The notes: a model not told the origin generated them from the sequence alone. A stretch of 64,000 nucleotides of DNA from Spirulina sp. (GCA_044070495.1 JBIPSI010000002.1:96001-160000); one strand, 5' to 3'. Positions 50,787 to 62,179 are shown, counted from the stretch's first letter. Numbers and translations are program-made.

Positions 50787-51764
50787 TTAGAGGCACTTCA
50801 AATGGTGAATGCTGAAGCGCTGATCGGAGTCAACCCACACCTCCACGGGCTGGAATCCGGCCTCCATGGCTAGTAATTGAAACTCCTCGACGGTGTATTT
50901 GTAGGAATATTCGGTGCGGAGGGTTTCGCCCTTAGCAAAGGAAATTGCCATGCCGCTGAGGTGAACAACTTGGTCGCACTGGCTAACGATGGCCATTTCG
51001 ATGCGTCCGGCGGCCTCGTTGTAGTGGGCTTGGTAGGTGAATTGGCCAAGGTCGAAATTGGCCCCCAGTTCGCGGTTAATGCGGGTGAGCAGATTGAGGG
51101 CAAAGGTGGCGGAAACCCCCTGGGCGTCGTCGTAGGCGGGTTCCAAAATAGCGGCAGATTTTTTCAGGTCTACCCCCACAATCAGCTCCCCCAACACCGC
51201 CACGGTTTTGAGGAAAGCCACTGCCTCAGCAGGCTCTAGGTTGCCGATGGAGGATCCAGGGAAAAAGCCAATGGTGGGGCGCTGGTAGAGTTCCGGCACC
51301 TGATCCAGCGGCAGGGGTTGGGTATAGTCGGCGCAGAGGGCAATGGTTTCTAGTCCGTCAAAGTCCTGCATCAGGGCAAGGCAGGATTCCTGGAGGTGCT
51401 GGCGGGAAATATCCACCCCAACGTAGGTGTGCATTTGGGGCGCGGCCTGGAGCAAAATCCGAATTTTTTGGCTGCTGCCGCTGCCCAGTTCCACCAGCAC
51501 CCGGTGGTTAAGGGCTTGAGCAATATCCTCGGTGTGGGCGCGCAGAATGGCCATCTCGGTGCGGGTGAGGTAGTACTCCGGCAGTTGGCAGATGGCATCG
51601 AACAGTTCTGACCCCCGTTTGTCGTAGAGAAATTTAGCCGACAGTGCCTTTTGGGGCTGGGCCAACCCTCGCAACACGGCACTCCGAAAATCTTCGATGG
51701 GGGGATGAAAATCGTACAGCTTGACGGCTTGGGGCTGGGCCTGGAAACGCGCACCAGAGGACAT
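50787..51764 (-). CDS. egtD: L-histidine N-alpha-methyltransferase
   Basis: KFLYDKRGSELF, EYYLTRTE, ELGSGSS, FFPGSSIGN, AYDDAQGV and TEYSYKY motifs. Confidence 0.92.
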   Translation of the reverse strand: MSSGARFQAQPQAVKLYDFHPPIEDFRSAVLRGLAQPQKALSAKFLYDKRGSELFDAICQLPEYYLTRTEMAILRAHTEDIAQALNHRVLVELGSGSSQKIRILLQAAPQMHTYVGVDISRQHLQESCLALMQDFDGLETIALCADYTQPLPLDQVPELYQRPTIGFFPGSSIGNLEPAEAVAFLKTVAVLGELIVGVDLKKSAAILEPAYDDAQGVSATFALNLLTRINRELGANFDLGQFTYQAHYNEAAGRIEMAIVSQCDQVVHLSGMAISFAKGETLRTEYSYKYTVEEFQLLAMEAGFQPVEVWVDSDQRFSIHHLKCL

Positions 51765-51954
51765 AGAAAACCTTAGAGTTCGGTGAGGCGGCATCCGTCT
51801 AAGGCCCAGCCCGTGATGTTGAGCCGATGTTGAGCTAGGGCCATGACCTGATCGTGGTGGGTTCACCGTTGGATCATGATGGCCATGACGGAGCCTCCCC
51901 TTCCATCATCCCCCAGGATGAACCTAGCCGGGATAGTCAGCGGATTAAACCGAC

Positions 51955-53244
51955 TTAACGCGCCAAACGAATCCCGCTCAACTGCCAGCGGGCATTGGGC
52001 GGGAAAAAGTTGCGGTAGCTGGGCCGAATGTGGCCAGGGGGCGTAACGCAGGATCCCCCGCGCAGCACCATTTGGTTACACATAAACTTGCCGTTATATT
52101 CCCCTACCGCTCCGGGGGCGGTGCGAAAACCGGGGTAGGGCAGGTAGGCGCTTTGGGTCCATTCCCAGGTGTCGCCGTAGAGTTGGTGCAGGGGGCCGTT
52201 ACCTTGGGCGGGCTGGGGGTGAAGGGCATCGCCCATCAGCAGGTTGCCCTGGATAGGAACGGTGGCGGCGGCAACTTCCCATTCCGCCTCGGTGGGCAAG
52301 CGGTAGCCTCGCCATTGGGCATAGGCGTCGGCCTCGAAGTAGCTGAGGTGGGTGACGGGCTCGTTGGGATTGAGGGGACGCAGACCACCGAGGGTCATCA
52401 CCCACCAGTCTTGGCCTTGTTTTTGCCAGTAGAGGGGCGCTTGCCAGCCTTCCCGCTGCACCGTGGCCCAGCCCTCAGAGAGCCAGTGTTGTGCCGTGCG
52501 GTAGCCGCCATCGGCGATAAATTCTAGATATTCGCCGTTGGTGACGGGACGGTTGGCCAGGGCAAAGTCATTTAAATAAACTCGATGGCGGGGGCCTTCG
52601 TTGTCAAAGGCAAACTGATCAAAGGCGGTGCCGGAAGCCTGATAGCCGATGTCGTACAGCCCGCCTGCAAAATCCACAAACTCCAAAGCTGGAGCCGTTT
52701 GGCCAGACTGCACCAAGTCTTCCCGGTAGGCGGGATAGAGGGGATTTATCGCCAGGTTGTACTTCAGGTCGGTGAGCAAAAGTTCCTGGTGCTGCTGTTC
52801 GTGGTGCAGGCCCAGGGTCATCAGGGCGGCGATGTCTGGATCTTTCTCCCGTTGTTGAATCAGGCGACCCATGGCCTCATCCACGTAGGCCCGGTACTGA
52901 TACACTTCGGCCACCGTGGGGCGGGAAATTAGCCCCCGCTGAGGTCGGGGATGGCGGGCTCCCACCGCTTCGTAGTAGGAGTTGAACAGGTAGCCATAGC
53001 CGGGATGAAAGACGGTATAGTCTGCCCACGAGGGCACCAGCAAGAAGGTCTCAAAGAACCAGGTGGTGTGGGCCAGGTGCCATTTGGGCGGGCTAACGTC
53101 GGCCATGCTCTGCACCCCATAGTCTTCGATCACCAGGGGTTGACAGAGGGTTTCGCTGAGTTGACGCACGGCAACATAAGCCTCTCCCAGGTTTGGCCCT
53201 GGCGTTTGGCCTAAACAAGGAGCCTCGGTGGCAGACAGAATCAT
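51955..53244 (-). CDS. egtB: Ergothioneine biosynthesis sulfoxide synthase
   Basis: SPPKWHLAHTTWFFE, FNSYY, HEQQHQE and a C-terminal FGE-sulfatase domain. Confidence 0.92.
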   Translation of the reverse strand: MILSATEAPCLGQTPGPNLGEAYVAVRQLSETLCQPLVIEDYGVQSMADVSPPKWHLAHTTWFFETFLLVPSWADYTVFHPGYGYLFNSYYEAVGARHPRPQRGLISRPTVAEVYQYRAYVDEAMGRLIQQREKDPDIAALMTLGLHHEQQHQELLLTDLKYNLAINPLYPAYREDLVQSGQTAPALEFVDFAGGLYDIGYQASGTAFDQFAFDNEGPRHRVYLNDFALANRPVTNGEYLEFIADGGYRTAQHWLSEGWATVQREGWQAPLYWQKQGQDWWVMTLGGLRPLNPNEPVTHLSYFEADAYAQWRGYRLPTEAEWEVAAATVPIQGNLLMGDALHPQPAQGNGPLHQLYGDTWEWTQSAYLPYPGFRTAPGAVGEYNGKFMCNQMVLRGGSCVTPPGHIRPSYRNFFPPNARWQLSGIRLAR

Positions 53245-53326
53245 GGCGCTAGAGAATGGGTGAGTCGGCTACGGTTCCCCATTGTAGAGGGGTAGCTCAG
53301 CCCAAGATCAACGTAATCCAGCAGTA

Positions 53327-53347
53327 GTAGGGTGGGTACCGCCCACC
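53327..53347 (+). repeat. Single GTAG REP-like palindrome
   Basis: GTAG-GGTGGGT-ACC-GCCCACC. Confidence 0.6.
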
Positions 53348-53399
53348 GTCAGCAAAACCTCACCATCAGCGTACTGGGGTGAGCCAAAACATGACCATC

Positions 53400-54776
53400 C
53401 TAAGGTTCTGTGGGCTGCACTTGGCCCAGTTGCCGTGGCCCCTGGCTGCTTTGGCGAGCAATAATAGTCTGCTCTAACACCTCTGAGGCCCGCACAAATT
53501 GGGGATCGGCATCGGTGCCGAGGCGGCTGGGGTTGGCAAACAGCTCACTACGCTGGCGTTCGTTCAACTCCACGGTGATATCGGGGGTGATGCCCTTGCG
53601 GCTGATATCGGTGCCGTTGGGGGTAAAGTAGTGGGCTACGGTTACCGTGAGACCAGAGCCATCGGCCAAGCCATGCAGGGTTTGCACCAGGGCTTTGCCA
53701 AAGGTGGGGGTGCCGACGATGGTGGCCCGGTTGTTGTCTTGCAGGGCTCCGGTGAGAATTTCGCTGGAGCTAGCGGAACGGCGATCCACCAGCACCGTCA
53801 GCGGCAGTTGGGTAAGGGCGGTGCGGTTGGCGGTGAGGGATTCTGACGTGCCATCGCGGTAGACGGTGCGGACAATGGGGCCGTGTTGCAGCCACATGCG
53901 GCCAATGTCGATGCTGGACAGCAGCAACCCGCCCGGATTACCCCGTAGATCGAGCACAAATCCTTCGACGCCCTCTTCGGTCAGAGCCAGAATAGCCCGC
54001 TCCATCTGTTCGGCGGCGTGGGCATTAAACTCCGTTAGCCGAATGTAGCCAATGGCGCGGCCTCCGACGGTACGACGCGCATAGTCTACCGCAGGCATTT
54101 CCATCCGGGCACGGGTCACAATCACACTGCGAGGGCTACCGCCATTGCGGGCCACGCTGAGGGTGACTTGGGAGTTCTCATCCCCCCGCAGGCGCTGGGC
54201 TACCCCTTCGGCGGTGAGGTGGGTAGTACTTTGGCCATCCACCATGACGATGTGATCGCCCACGGTCAAGCCAGCCTGCTCGGCGGGGGATCCGGGGGTA
54301 ATGGCGGTAATCACCACGCGGTTGTCGTTACGCTGCACCTGTACCCCAATCCCCGAGACCTCCCCAGCGGTTTGATCGGTGAGATCAGAATATTCCGCAG
54401 GCGACAGAAAGCGAGTGTAGGGGTCGTTGAGCTGGCGCAGGGCTGCCCGGAGGGCGGCATAGGCCGCTTCAGGGGAGCTATATTCCTGGCCGAGAAGCTG
54501 TTGACGTGTGGCCTGCCAGTCGGTGTGGTTGAAGTGTTCGTCTACATATTCTTGGTTAACGATCTGCCACGCCTGGTCGAGCACCGCCTTAGGACTATCT
54601 TGCAGGTCAGAGCCCACCGTGACGGCAGCGCGCTCACTGTCAGGCAAACGTAGGGCATCACTGGTAGACGCCTTGACATCTTCAAAGCCAATCATTCCTA
54701 GGGAAGCAGCGGCTAGGGGGGCTAGCAGAAAAGATCGCAACAAAAAGGCAGGCGGTTTGGATGGAGAAACCAACAT
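53400..54776 (-). CDS. Carboxyl-terminal processing protease (S41 family, CtpA/B-like)
   Basis: DPYTRF, PDZ domain, LDLRGNPGG, SASSSEI and GKALVQ motifs. Confidence 0.92.
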   Translation of the reverse strand: MLVSPSKPPAFLLRSFLLAPLAAASLGMIGFEDVKASTSDALRLPDSERAAVTVGSDLQDSPKAVLDQAWQIVNQEYVDEHFNHTDWQATRQQLLGQEYSSPEAAYAALRAALRQLNDPYTRFLSPAEYSDLTDQTAGEVSGIGVQVQRNDNRVVITAITPGSPAEQAGLTVGDHIVMVDGQSTTHLTAEGVAQRLRGDENSQVTLSVARNGGSPRSVIVTRARMEMPAVDYARRTVGGRAIGYIRLTEFNAHAAEQMERAILALTEEGVEGFVLDLRGNPGGLLLSSIDIGRMWLQHGPIVRTVYRDGTSESLTANRTALTQLPLTVLVDRRSASSSEILTGALQDNNRATIVGTPTFGKALVQTLHGLADGSGLTVTVAHYFTPNGTDISRKGITPDITVELNERQRSELFANPSRLGTDADPQFVRASEVLEQTIIARQSSQGPRQLGQVQPTEP

Positions 54777-55002
54777 AGCAATCAAGGCCCTGGGCAGCAA
54801 AAGAGGGACGAGTCGGGCTGGTTGGATGGACGAAAAACCTACAAAAACGAGCAAAGTTTCCTAAAAAACTCTGCACAATAGAGGTTTCGCCCCCACTTAC
54901 GATGCTATCGGCCACCATCGTAAGCGGGTATCCCGCCACCTTGCCCCCCATTGTGACGGATAGGTTCAAGCTTTGGCCAGATGAATGTGCCAATTTTGAG
55001 GA

Positions 55003-57282
55003 ATGCAACAGGTTTTCTTAAGCTTCGTAAAGCAAAGGCCCCATGTCCAAACCATGGCGAGTAAATCCGGTGGCATGTTTTCCGGTGGCATGTTTAAGAA
55101 TGGACACCGGGGCATTCCGTCTCCATTCAAGCCCGGTGGGCAGGGTTGGCGCTTCCTGCTAGGGTTACTGATAGCCCTTGGTTTTGCCGTAATCCCCATG
55201 TCTGCAAGTTCCGTATCCGCCCAGTCCCTCACCTATCCGGTCAGCCCTCGTCAGTCCCAGGTGGATGTCTACCACGGCATTGAGGTGGCCGATCCCTACC
55301 GCTGGCTAGAGGACACGCAATCCGCCGAAACCCAGGCCTGGATTGAGGCCCAGAATCAGCTCACCTTTGGCTATTTGGCCCAATTGCCGGGACGGGATGT
55401 CCTTAACCAACGACTGACCCAACTGTGGAACTACGAGCGCTACAGCACCCCCTTCAAGCGGGGTGGACGGTATTTCTACTTCAAAAACGACGGGCTGCAA
55501 AATCAGAGCGTCCTCTATACCCTGCCCAGCCTGGAGGCCGAGCCTCGGGTATTGCTGGATCCCAATACGCTCTCAGAAGATGGCACCGTGGCTCTCAGCG
55601 GCATGGCGGTGAGCGAAAACGGGACGTATCTGGCCTACGGGCTGTCCGCCAGCGGGTCAGACTGGGTGGAATGGCGGGTGCGCGACATTGAAACCGGGGA
55701 GGACACCGACGACCTGCTGAAGTGGGTGAAATTTTCTGGGGCCTCTTGGAGCCACGACCACCAGGGCTTTTTCTACAGCCGCTACGACGAACCCGACCCC
55801 GCCAACCTGCACGAGGCCGTCAACTACTACCAAAAGCTCTACTACCACCGCCTGGGCACCCCCCAAAGCGAAGACCTGCTGATCTACGAACGGCCCGACC
55901 AAAAGGAATGGGGTTTCAGCGGCGGCGTTACCGAGGACGGGCGCTACCTGATCATTTCCGTGTGGCGCGGCACCGACCCCAACAATCTGGTGTTCTATAA
56001 GGATCTAACGAATCCCGAAAGCCCCGTTACCGAGCTCATTGCCGAATTTGAGGCCAACTACAGCTTTGTGGCCAATGAAGGCAGCCGCTTTTGGTTCCGC
56101 ACCGACCGCCAAGCCCCCAAGGGTCGCCTGATTGCCATCGACCTCACCCAGCCCGACCCCACCCAGTGGCAGGAGGTGATCCCCGAAGGCGAAGACACCC
56201 TGGAGGGGGTGAGCCTGCTAAACCATCAGTTTGTGGTGGATTACCTCAAAGACGCCTACACCCAAATCCAGATCTACACCCTGGATGGAGCCTGGGTGCG
56301 GGATGTGGAACTGCCGGGAATTGGCTCGGCGGGGGGCTTTGACGGCAAGCGCGACGACACCGAGACCTTCTACAGCTTCACCAGTTTCACGGTGCCCAAC
56401 ACCCTCTACCGCTACGACATGATCACCGGGGAAAGCACCCTCTACCGCGCCGCCCAGGTGGATTTTGACCCCGATGCCTACGAAACCCGCCAGGTGTTTT
56501 ACCCTAGCGCTGATGGCACCCAAATCCCGATGTTCATTACCCACAAGCGGGGGCTAGAACTCAGCGGCCAAAACCCCACCCTGCTCTACGGCTACGGCGG
56601 TTTTAATGTGTCCCTCACCCCGGCTTTTTCCGTCAGCAATTTGGTGTGGATGGAGATGGGCGGTGTCTATGCCGTACCCAATCTGCGCGGCGGCGGTGAG
56701 TATGGCGAAGACTGGCACCAGGCCGGAACCAAGCTCAACAAGCAAAATGTGTTTGATGATTTCATTGCAGCGGCCCAGTGGTTGATCGATCAGGGCTATA
56801 CGTCCTCCCAAAAGCTGGGCATTATGGGCGGCAGCAACGGTGGCCTACTCGTCGGAGCCTGTATGACCCAACGGCCCGACCTCTTCGCCGTGGCCCTACC
56901 CGCCGTGGGGGTGCTGGATATGCTGCGGTTCAACCAGTTCACCATCGGCTGGGCCTGGGAATCGGACTACGGTTCTCCCCAAAATGAGGACGAATTCCGC
57001 GCCCTCTACGCCTACTCGCCCCTCCACAACCTGCAACCGGGCACCGCCTACCCCGCCACCCTAATCACCACCGCCGACCATGATGATCGAGTCGTTCCGG
57101 CCCACAGTTTCAAATTTGCGGCGGCGTTGCAGTATGCCCAAGGCGGCGAGGCTCCGGTGCTGATTCGCATTGACACCAAAGCAGGTCACGGGGCAGGCAA
57201 ACCCACTACCAAGGTGATCGAAGAAGCCGCCGACAAATGGGCCTTCCTGGCGCACCACACGGGTCTCAATCTCTGGGATTAG
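55003..57282 (+). CDS. Prolyl oligopeptidase (S9A)
   Basis: DPYRWLED, YGYGGF, GGSNGG, DHDDRV and AGHGAG motifs. True start uncertain (several ATGs between 55003 and 55198). Confidence 0.92.
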   Translation: MQQVFLSFVKQRPHVQTMASKSGGMFSGGMFKNGHRGIPSPFKPGGQGWRFLLGLLIALGFAVIPMSASSVSAQSLTYPVSPRQSQVDVYHGIEVADPYRWLEDTQSAETQAWIEAQNQLTFGYLAQLPGRDVLNQRLTQLWNYERYSTPFKRGGRYFYFKNDGLQNQSVLYTLPSLEAEPRVLLDPNTLSEDGTVALSGMAVSENGTYLAYGLSASGSDWVEWRVRDIETGEDTDDLLKWVKFSGASWSHDHQGFFYSRYDEPDPANLHEAVNYYQKLYYHRLGTPQSEDLLIYERPDQKEWGFSGGVTEDGRYLIISVWRGTDPNNLVFYKDLTNPESPVTELIAEFEANYSFVANEGSRFWFRTDRQAPKGRLIAIDLTQPDPTQWQEVIPEGEDTLEGVSLLNHQFVVDYLKDAYTQIQIYTLDGAWVRDVELPGIGSAGGFDGKRDDTETFYSFTSFTVPNTLYRYDMITGESTLYRAAQVDFDPDAYETRQVFYPSADGTQIPMFITHKRGLELSGQNPTLLYGYGGFNVSLTPAFSVSNLVWMEMGGVYAVPNLRGGGEYGEDWHQAGTKLNKQNVFDDFIAAAQWLIDQGYTSSQKLGIMGGSNGGLLVGACMTQRPDLFAVALPAVGVLDMLRFNQFTIGWAWESDYGSPQNEDEFRALYAYSPLHNLQPGTAYPATLITTADHDDRVVPAHSFKFAAALQYAQGGEAPVLIRIDTKAGHGAGKPTTKVIEEAADKWAFLAHHTGLNLWD

Positions 57283-57303
57283 CAACCGTGGAAGAAATGG
57301 CCC

Positions 57304-60021
57304 CTAGGGGTTGATCTCCGCTAGGACTTGTTCATCAGGCTCAGTCTCCGTGGTTTCGGATGGTTCAGGATCAGAGGGTTCAGGATCGGCGGCAGCGGCT
57401 TCCTGGGTGCTGAAAACCAAGCCATCGTCGCCCTGATCGACGTGGATCGTCGCGCCTTCGGTGAAGGTGGTTTCTAGGATTTTGGTGGCGATGGGGTTTT
57501 CCAAAAGGCGCTGGATGGCCCGCTTGAGGGGGCGGGCACCGTAGACGGGGTCGTAGCCGCTTTCGGCAATGAAGTCGATGGCGGCATCGGTGATATCGAG
57601 GCGAATTTTCTGGTCGGTGAGGCGTTTTTCCACCCGCCGAATTTGAATCGCCACAATTTTCCGCAGTTCCTGTTTCCGCAGAGAGTGGAACAGAATCAGG
57701 TCATCCACGCGGTTAAGAAATTCGGGACGGAATTGCTTTTGTAGCGCCTTCAGCACCAGGCTACGCATTTCGTCGTAGCGGTCGTCGTCGCCCGCCAGTT
57801 CCAAAATGTGGTCGCTACCCAGGTTGCTGGTCATGATCACCACGGTGTTGCGAAAATCGACCCGGTGGCCCTGGGAGTCGGTAATGCGGCCATCGTCCAG
57901 CACTTGCAGGAGGATGTTAAACACATCGGGGTGGGCTTTTTCCACTTCATCCAGCAGCACCACGGAGTAGGGATGGCGGCGCACCGCTTCCGAGAGTTGG
58001 CCCCCATCTTCGTAGCCCACATAGCCGGGAGGGGCACCCACCAGGCGCGATACGGCGTTTTTCTCCATATATTCCGACATATCGATGCGAATCAGGGCAT
58101 CTTCGGTGTCGAACAGGAATTCTGCTAGGGCGCGGGCCAGTTCCGTTTTGCCCACCCCCGTTGGCCCCATGAACAGGAAGGAACCCAGGGGCCGACCGGG
58201 ATCGTTCATCCCCGCACGGGCGCGACGAATGGCGGCGGCAACGGCTTCCACGGCTTCGTTTTGGCCGATGACGCGGTCGTGGAGGTGGCCCTCCAGTTGC
58301 AGCAGCTTTTGCCGCTCCGAGGCCATCAGGCGATTGACTGGGATGCCCGTCCATTTGGCGACGATTTCGGCAATGTCGGCATCGGTAACTTGTTTGCGGG
58401 CCAGAGCTGTCCCTTGGTCTTGAATTTCGGCAAGCTGGGCTTCCAGCGCTTCCCGTTCCTGCTGCACCGCCTCCAGTCTGCCGTACTTGAGCTGGGCGGC
58501 TTTGTTCAGGTCGTAATCCCGTTCGGCCTGGTCAATCTGGCGGCGCAGGTTTTCTTCTTCTTCCTTGAGGGTGTGGATGGCATCACGGGCCTGGTTTTGC
58601 AGTTGCCACTGGTCATCCAGGGTTTGCTTTTGGGGGGTGAGGAGGTCAATTTCCTGCTGAATGCGATCCAGGCGTTCGCGGGTGGCCCGACTGGCGGTTC
58701 CCGCCCGTTCTTCGGCCTCCAGGGAGAGCTTTTCCATTTCAAGCTGCATCAGCCGCCGCCCCATGTCCTCTAATTCGGCGGGCTTGGAGGTAATCTCCAT
58801 CTTCAGCTTGGCCGCCGCTTCGTCGATCAGATCAATGGCCTTGTCGGGCAGGAATCGGTCGGCAATGTAGCGATCCGACAACACCGCCGCCGCCACCAGG
58901 GCGCTATCGGCAAACTCCACTTCGTGGTAGCCTTCGTAGCGATTTTTTAGCCCCCGCAGGATGGAAATGGTGTCCTCAGCGCTGGGCTGGCCAATGTAGA
59001 CCTGCTGGAAACGCCGTTCTAGGGCGGCATCTTTTTCGATGTGTTTGCGGTATTCGTCTAGCGTGGTGGCCCCAATGCAGCGCAGTTCGCCCCTGGCCAG
59101 CATGGGCTTCAGCAGGTTGCCCGCATCCATGGTGCCTTGGCCTGCCCCAGCCCCTACCACGGTGTGCAGTTCGTCGATAAACAGAATGATCTGCCCCTCG
59201 GAGTCGGTGACTTCCTTCAGCACCAGCCGCAGGCGTTCTTCAAATTCGCCCCGGAACTTGGCTCCAGCAATCAGCCCGCCAATGTCCAGGGAAATCAGCG
59301 TCCGCCCCTTCAGCGATTCCGGCACCTCGCCGTTGATGATGCGCTGGGCCAGGGCTTCGGCGATGGCGGTTTTGCCCACCCCCGGTTCGCCAATTACCAC
59401 TGGGTTATTTTTGGTGCGTCGAGAAAGTACCTGGATCACCCGCCGAATTTCCTCGTCGCGGCCAATCACAGGATCCAGCTTGCCGTCCCGTGCTGCCTGG
59501 GTCAGATCCAACCCGAACCGTTCCAATGCCTCGTACTGGGCCTCCGGCTTGGGATCGGTAACGCGCTGACTGCCCCGCACCGCCTGGATCGCCGCCATCA
59601 GTTCGGCGGAATCCACATTAAAGCCCCGCAGCAACCGTCGCCCAATCCGCTCATCCTGCTGAAACCCCAGCAGCAAGTGCTCTACGGAAATGAACTGATC
59701 TTTAAAGTTCTCCCGTGCTTCCTCCGCCTTGTCCAGCATTCGATCCAGGCTTTTGCCCAGGTACAAATTGCCGTCCATGGGGGTGCGTACCTTGGCCTGC
59801 CGCTGGGTAAAGGTTTCCAGTTCGTCCAGGATGAGATCCGTATCCAGCTTGGCCTTGGCCAAAACGCGGTGGGCCAGCCCATCCTCCTCCTGGTCGAGCA
59901 TGGCAATCATCACATGCTCGACTTCTAAATACTGATGTTTGAAGCGACGGGCGACATCCTGCGCCTCAACGATGGCATCCCAGGCTTTGTCGGTAAACTT
60001 ATCCGGATCGGTGGGCTGCAT
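57304..60021 (-). CDS. clpB: Chaperone ClpB (ClpB2-like N-terminus)
   Basis: [14 protein letters not shown] start, two AAA+ modules and a long middle domain ([10 protein letters not shown]). Confidence 0.95.
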   Translation of the reverse strand: MQPTDPDKFTDKAWDAIVEAQDVARRFKHQYLEVEHVMIAMLDQEEDGLAHRVLAKAKLDTDLILDELETFTQRQAKVRTPMDGNLYLGKSLDRMLDKAEEARENFKDQFISVEHLLLGFQQDERIGRRLLRGFNVDSAELMAAIQAVRGSQRVTDPKPEAQYEALERFGLDLTQAARDGKLDPVIGRDEEIRRVIQVLSRRTKNNPVVIGEPGVGKTAIAEALAQRIINGEVPESLKGRTLISLDIGGLIAGAKFRGEFEERLRLVLKEVTDSEGQIILFIDELHTVVGAGAGQGTMDAGNLLKPMLARGELRCIGATTLDEYRKHIEKDAALERRFQQVYIGQPSAEDTISILRGLKNRYEGYHEVEFADSALVAAAVLSDRYIADRFLPDKAIDLIDEAAAKLKMEITSKPAELEDMGRRLMQLEMEKLSLEAEERAGTASRATRERLDRIQQEIDLLTPQKQTLDDQWQLQNQARDAIHTLKEEEENLRRQIDQAERDYDLNKAAQLKYGRLEAVQQEREALEAQLAEIQDQGTALARKQVTDADIAEIVAKWTGIPVNRLMASERQKLLQLEGHLHDRVIGQNEAVEAVAAAIRRARAGMNDPGRPLGSFLFMGPTGVGKTELARALAEFLFDTEDALIRIDMSEYMEKNAVSRLVGAPPGYVGYEDGGQLSEAVRRHPYSVVLLDEVEKAHPDVFNILLQVLDDGRITDSQGHRVDFRNTVVIMTSNLGSDHILELAGDDDRYDEMRSLVLKALQKQFRPEFLNRVDDLILFHSLRKQELRKIVAIQIRRVEKRLTDQKIRLDITDAAIDFIAESGYDPVYGARPLKRAIQRLLENPIATKILETTFTEGATIHVDQGDDGLVFSTQEAAAADPEPSDPEPSETTETEPDEQVLAEINP

Positions 60022-60300
60022 AATCTCCGTGGGCAGACGGTTTACGGTTTGTAACGGTTGGAGGATCAGTATATCAGGTACGGGGGAGGGGCATTGTTAA
60101 GGGGGTAGGGCGGATTGGCGGATTACGGTAGGGGCGAAGTCTTCCCACCCAGAGGGTCTAAGGCCCAGTCTCTCCGCCCAGAGGATAGGGTCGCCAGGGG
60201 ATGGGGTTAATATCTGTAGGCTTTTCTGTACGGTCTGACGGTTTCAATCCGGGGGGCGTGGTTCGATGGTGGTATTCCCTTGATGTTGTGAGCCTAGGCG

Positions 60301-61455
60301 ATGATGGCTAGCGAGGACTTTTATCGGTCGCTTCCAGTGCTAGAGCGCTTTATCGACCTGGCGGATTCCACGCATTATCGGACGGCTCCGGCGGATTGGT
60401 ATGTGTTGATGACCGACGTAGCTGGGTCTACCGCCGCCATCGAACGGGGACAATATAAAGCCGTCAACGTGCTGGGGGCAAGTTCCATTATGGCGGTGCT
60501 CAACGCCATCGCGCCCTTGGATGTGCCCTTTGTATTCGGGGGCGATGGGGCCGTATTACTGGTGCCTCCCTCGGCCCTGGGGCAGGCGCGGGAAGCCCTG
60601 CTGGGGCTAAAAACCATTGCTCAGGAAGCCTTTGGGCTAACCCTGCGGGTGGGGGTGGTGCCTGTGTCGGCCTTGGCCCCAGAGATGCCTGTGAAGGTGG
60701 CTAAGTTTCGTCTCACGCCCACCTATTGTCAGGCGAATTTTTTGGGCGGGGGCATCACCTATGCCGAGCGATTGATCAAAACCGAGGCGATGTATCGACT
60801 GGAGCAGGCAGGCAACCCCGCCACGGCTAACCTATCGGGCCTAGAATGCCGTTGGCGGGCCATTCCCAGCAAACCAGGGCACACCCTCAGCCTAATTGTG
60901 GCGGCCCCCAAGCGTGGGCATACCCTACCCCCTGCCGTCTTTCGGGAGGTGCTGACTCAAATCCAAACCCTCTACGGCAACCCAGCCGACTATCACCCTG
61001 CTGCGATAGATCGGTTGACGGTAACGCTCAATCCGCTTCAGCTTTCGGCGGAGGTGAAGGCCCACAGACCCAAATCGGGGCAATGGGTCTACTGGATTAG
61101 GGCGTACCTAGAAACCCTGTTGGGCTTTGCCTTCATGGCGCTGGGAATCAAGGCTGGCGGGGTAGACTGGGGCCGCTATCGGCAGGAGGTGTGGGCGGCA
61201 TCGGACTACCAAAAGCTCGATGATTCTCTACGCATGGTGATGGCGGGCACCCCAGCCCAAACCCAGCAGCTTAGAGACTATTTGGAAGATCGCTACCAAC
61301 GGGGATACCTCGCCTACGGCCTTCATGTTTCCGACCGAGCACTCATGACCTGCCTGATCCTCAACCGCCGAGATCGCCACTTTCACCTCATCGACAGCGC
61401 CGATGGAGGCTATGCCCTAGCCGCCAAACAACTCAAAGCCCGTCTGCGGGGCTAG
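60301..61455 (+). CDS. DUF3095 family protein
   Basis: DVAGST, PFVFGGDG, GLECRW, ALMTC and DSADGGYALAA motifs. Confidence 0.82.
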   Translation: MMASEDFYRSLPVLERFIDLADSTHYRTAPADWYVLMTDVAGSTAAIERGQYKAVNVLGASSIMAVLNAIAPLDVPFVFGGDGAVLLVPPSALGQAREALLGLKTIAQEAFGLTLRVGVVPVSALAPEMPVKVAKFRLTPTYCQANFLGGGITYAERLIKTEAMYRLEQAGNPATANLSGLECRWRAIPSKPGHTLSLIVAAPKRGHTLPPAVFREVLTQIQTLYGNPADYHPAAIDRLTVTLNPLQLSAEVKAHRPKSGQWVYWIRAYLETLLGFAFMALGIKAGGVDWGRYRQEVWAASDYQKLDDSLRMVMAGTPAQTQQLRDYLEDRYQRGYLAYGLHVSDRALMTCLILNRRDRHFHLIDSADGGYALAAKQLKARLRG

Positions 61456-61477
61456 GGTGCTCGTTGCCCAACCGACA

Positions 61478-61771
61478 TTAGGAACTACGGCGATCCCGCT
61501 GGATGTCGTAGATCGCCTTTTCCCAGCACCATTGTTCGCTGTGGTTGGGGTTGCGAAGCTGCACCTGATCCACCAAGCGCTGGGCTACATCCTGGTTGCC
61601 ACCCACCAAACGCAGCAGTTCCCGCCGGGTGGCACCTTTGACGGAGCGGGGTTGGGTTGGGGCAGCGGTGGATCGGGTACGACGATAGCTCCTCCCTCGC
61701 CCTCGAAAGCGCTTCAGCCAAAAAAACAACCCGACGAGAAGCGCAATCGCCAACAGAAAAGAAAGATCCAT
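61478..61771 (-). CDS. Small membrane-anchored hypothetical protein
   Basis: N-terminal transmembrane helix and a WCWEKAIYDIQRDRR tail resembling a cyanobacterial small-protein family. Confidence 0.7.
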   Translation of the reverse strand: MDLSFLLAIALLVGLFFWLKRFRGRGRSYRRTRSTAAPTQPRSVKGATRRELLRLVGGNQDVAQRLVDQVQLRNPNHSEQWCWEKAIYDIQRDRRSS

Positions 61772-61842
61772 GTCCCACGCCGTTCTGACCCGTAGATTCC
61801 CATCCTAGCTCAGTCCCTAGGAGGGCATTCGTCTAGGGTGGC

Positions 61843-62112
61843 TCAACCGTTGCCGACCTCCGCCGAAAAGCGATCCATGGCCTGGTTGGTAGACCATTGA
61901 TATTCCACCGTGATATTGGACAGCTTGCAGATTTGCTCTAGCTGGCGCTGTTGGGAAAGCGCCTTTCTCAGCGTAAAAATTAGCTCTTGGGTCTGCTGCT
62001 TCAGGTGGGGCGAGGGGTAGACCGTCGCCATGGTCTGTTGTTCTAGCAGTTGTAACAGTAGCTCGTAGTGGATGTGGGATGGCAGTGGAACTGGCTGGCC
62101 CGGAGTCACCAT
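61843..62112 (-). CDS. DUF5340 family protein
   Basis: PLPSHIHYELLLQLLE...TLRKALSQQRQLE...YQWS. Confidence 0.78.
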   Translation of the reverse strand: MVTPGQPVPLPSHIHYELLLQLLEQQTMATVYPSPHLKQQTQELIFTLRKALSQQRQLEQICKLSNITVEYQWSTNQAMDRFSAEVGNG

Positions 62113-62179
62113 AGGTGTTGTGCCCCAAAAAATAAACCCGCGTACGTTAACCGTATTCCGTTGAGTCAGAGACAGTCGG

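Noticed and set aside
51955..53244. Selenoneine (SenA) or ovothiol (OvoA) synthase
   Set aside because: No senB/senC neighbours and no fused C-terminal methyltransferase. The adjacent egtD supports ergothioneine.
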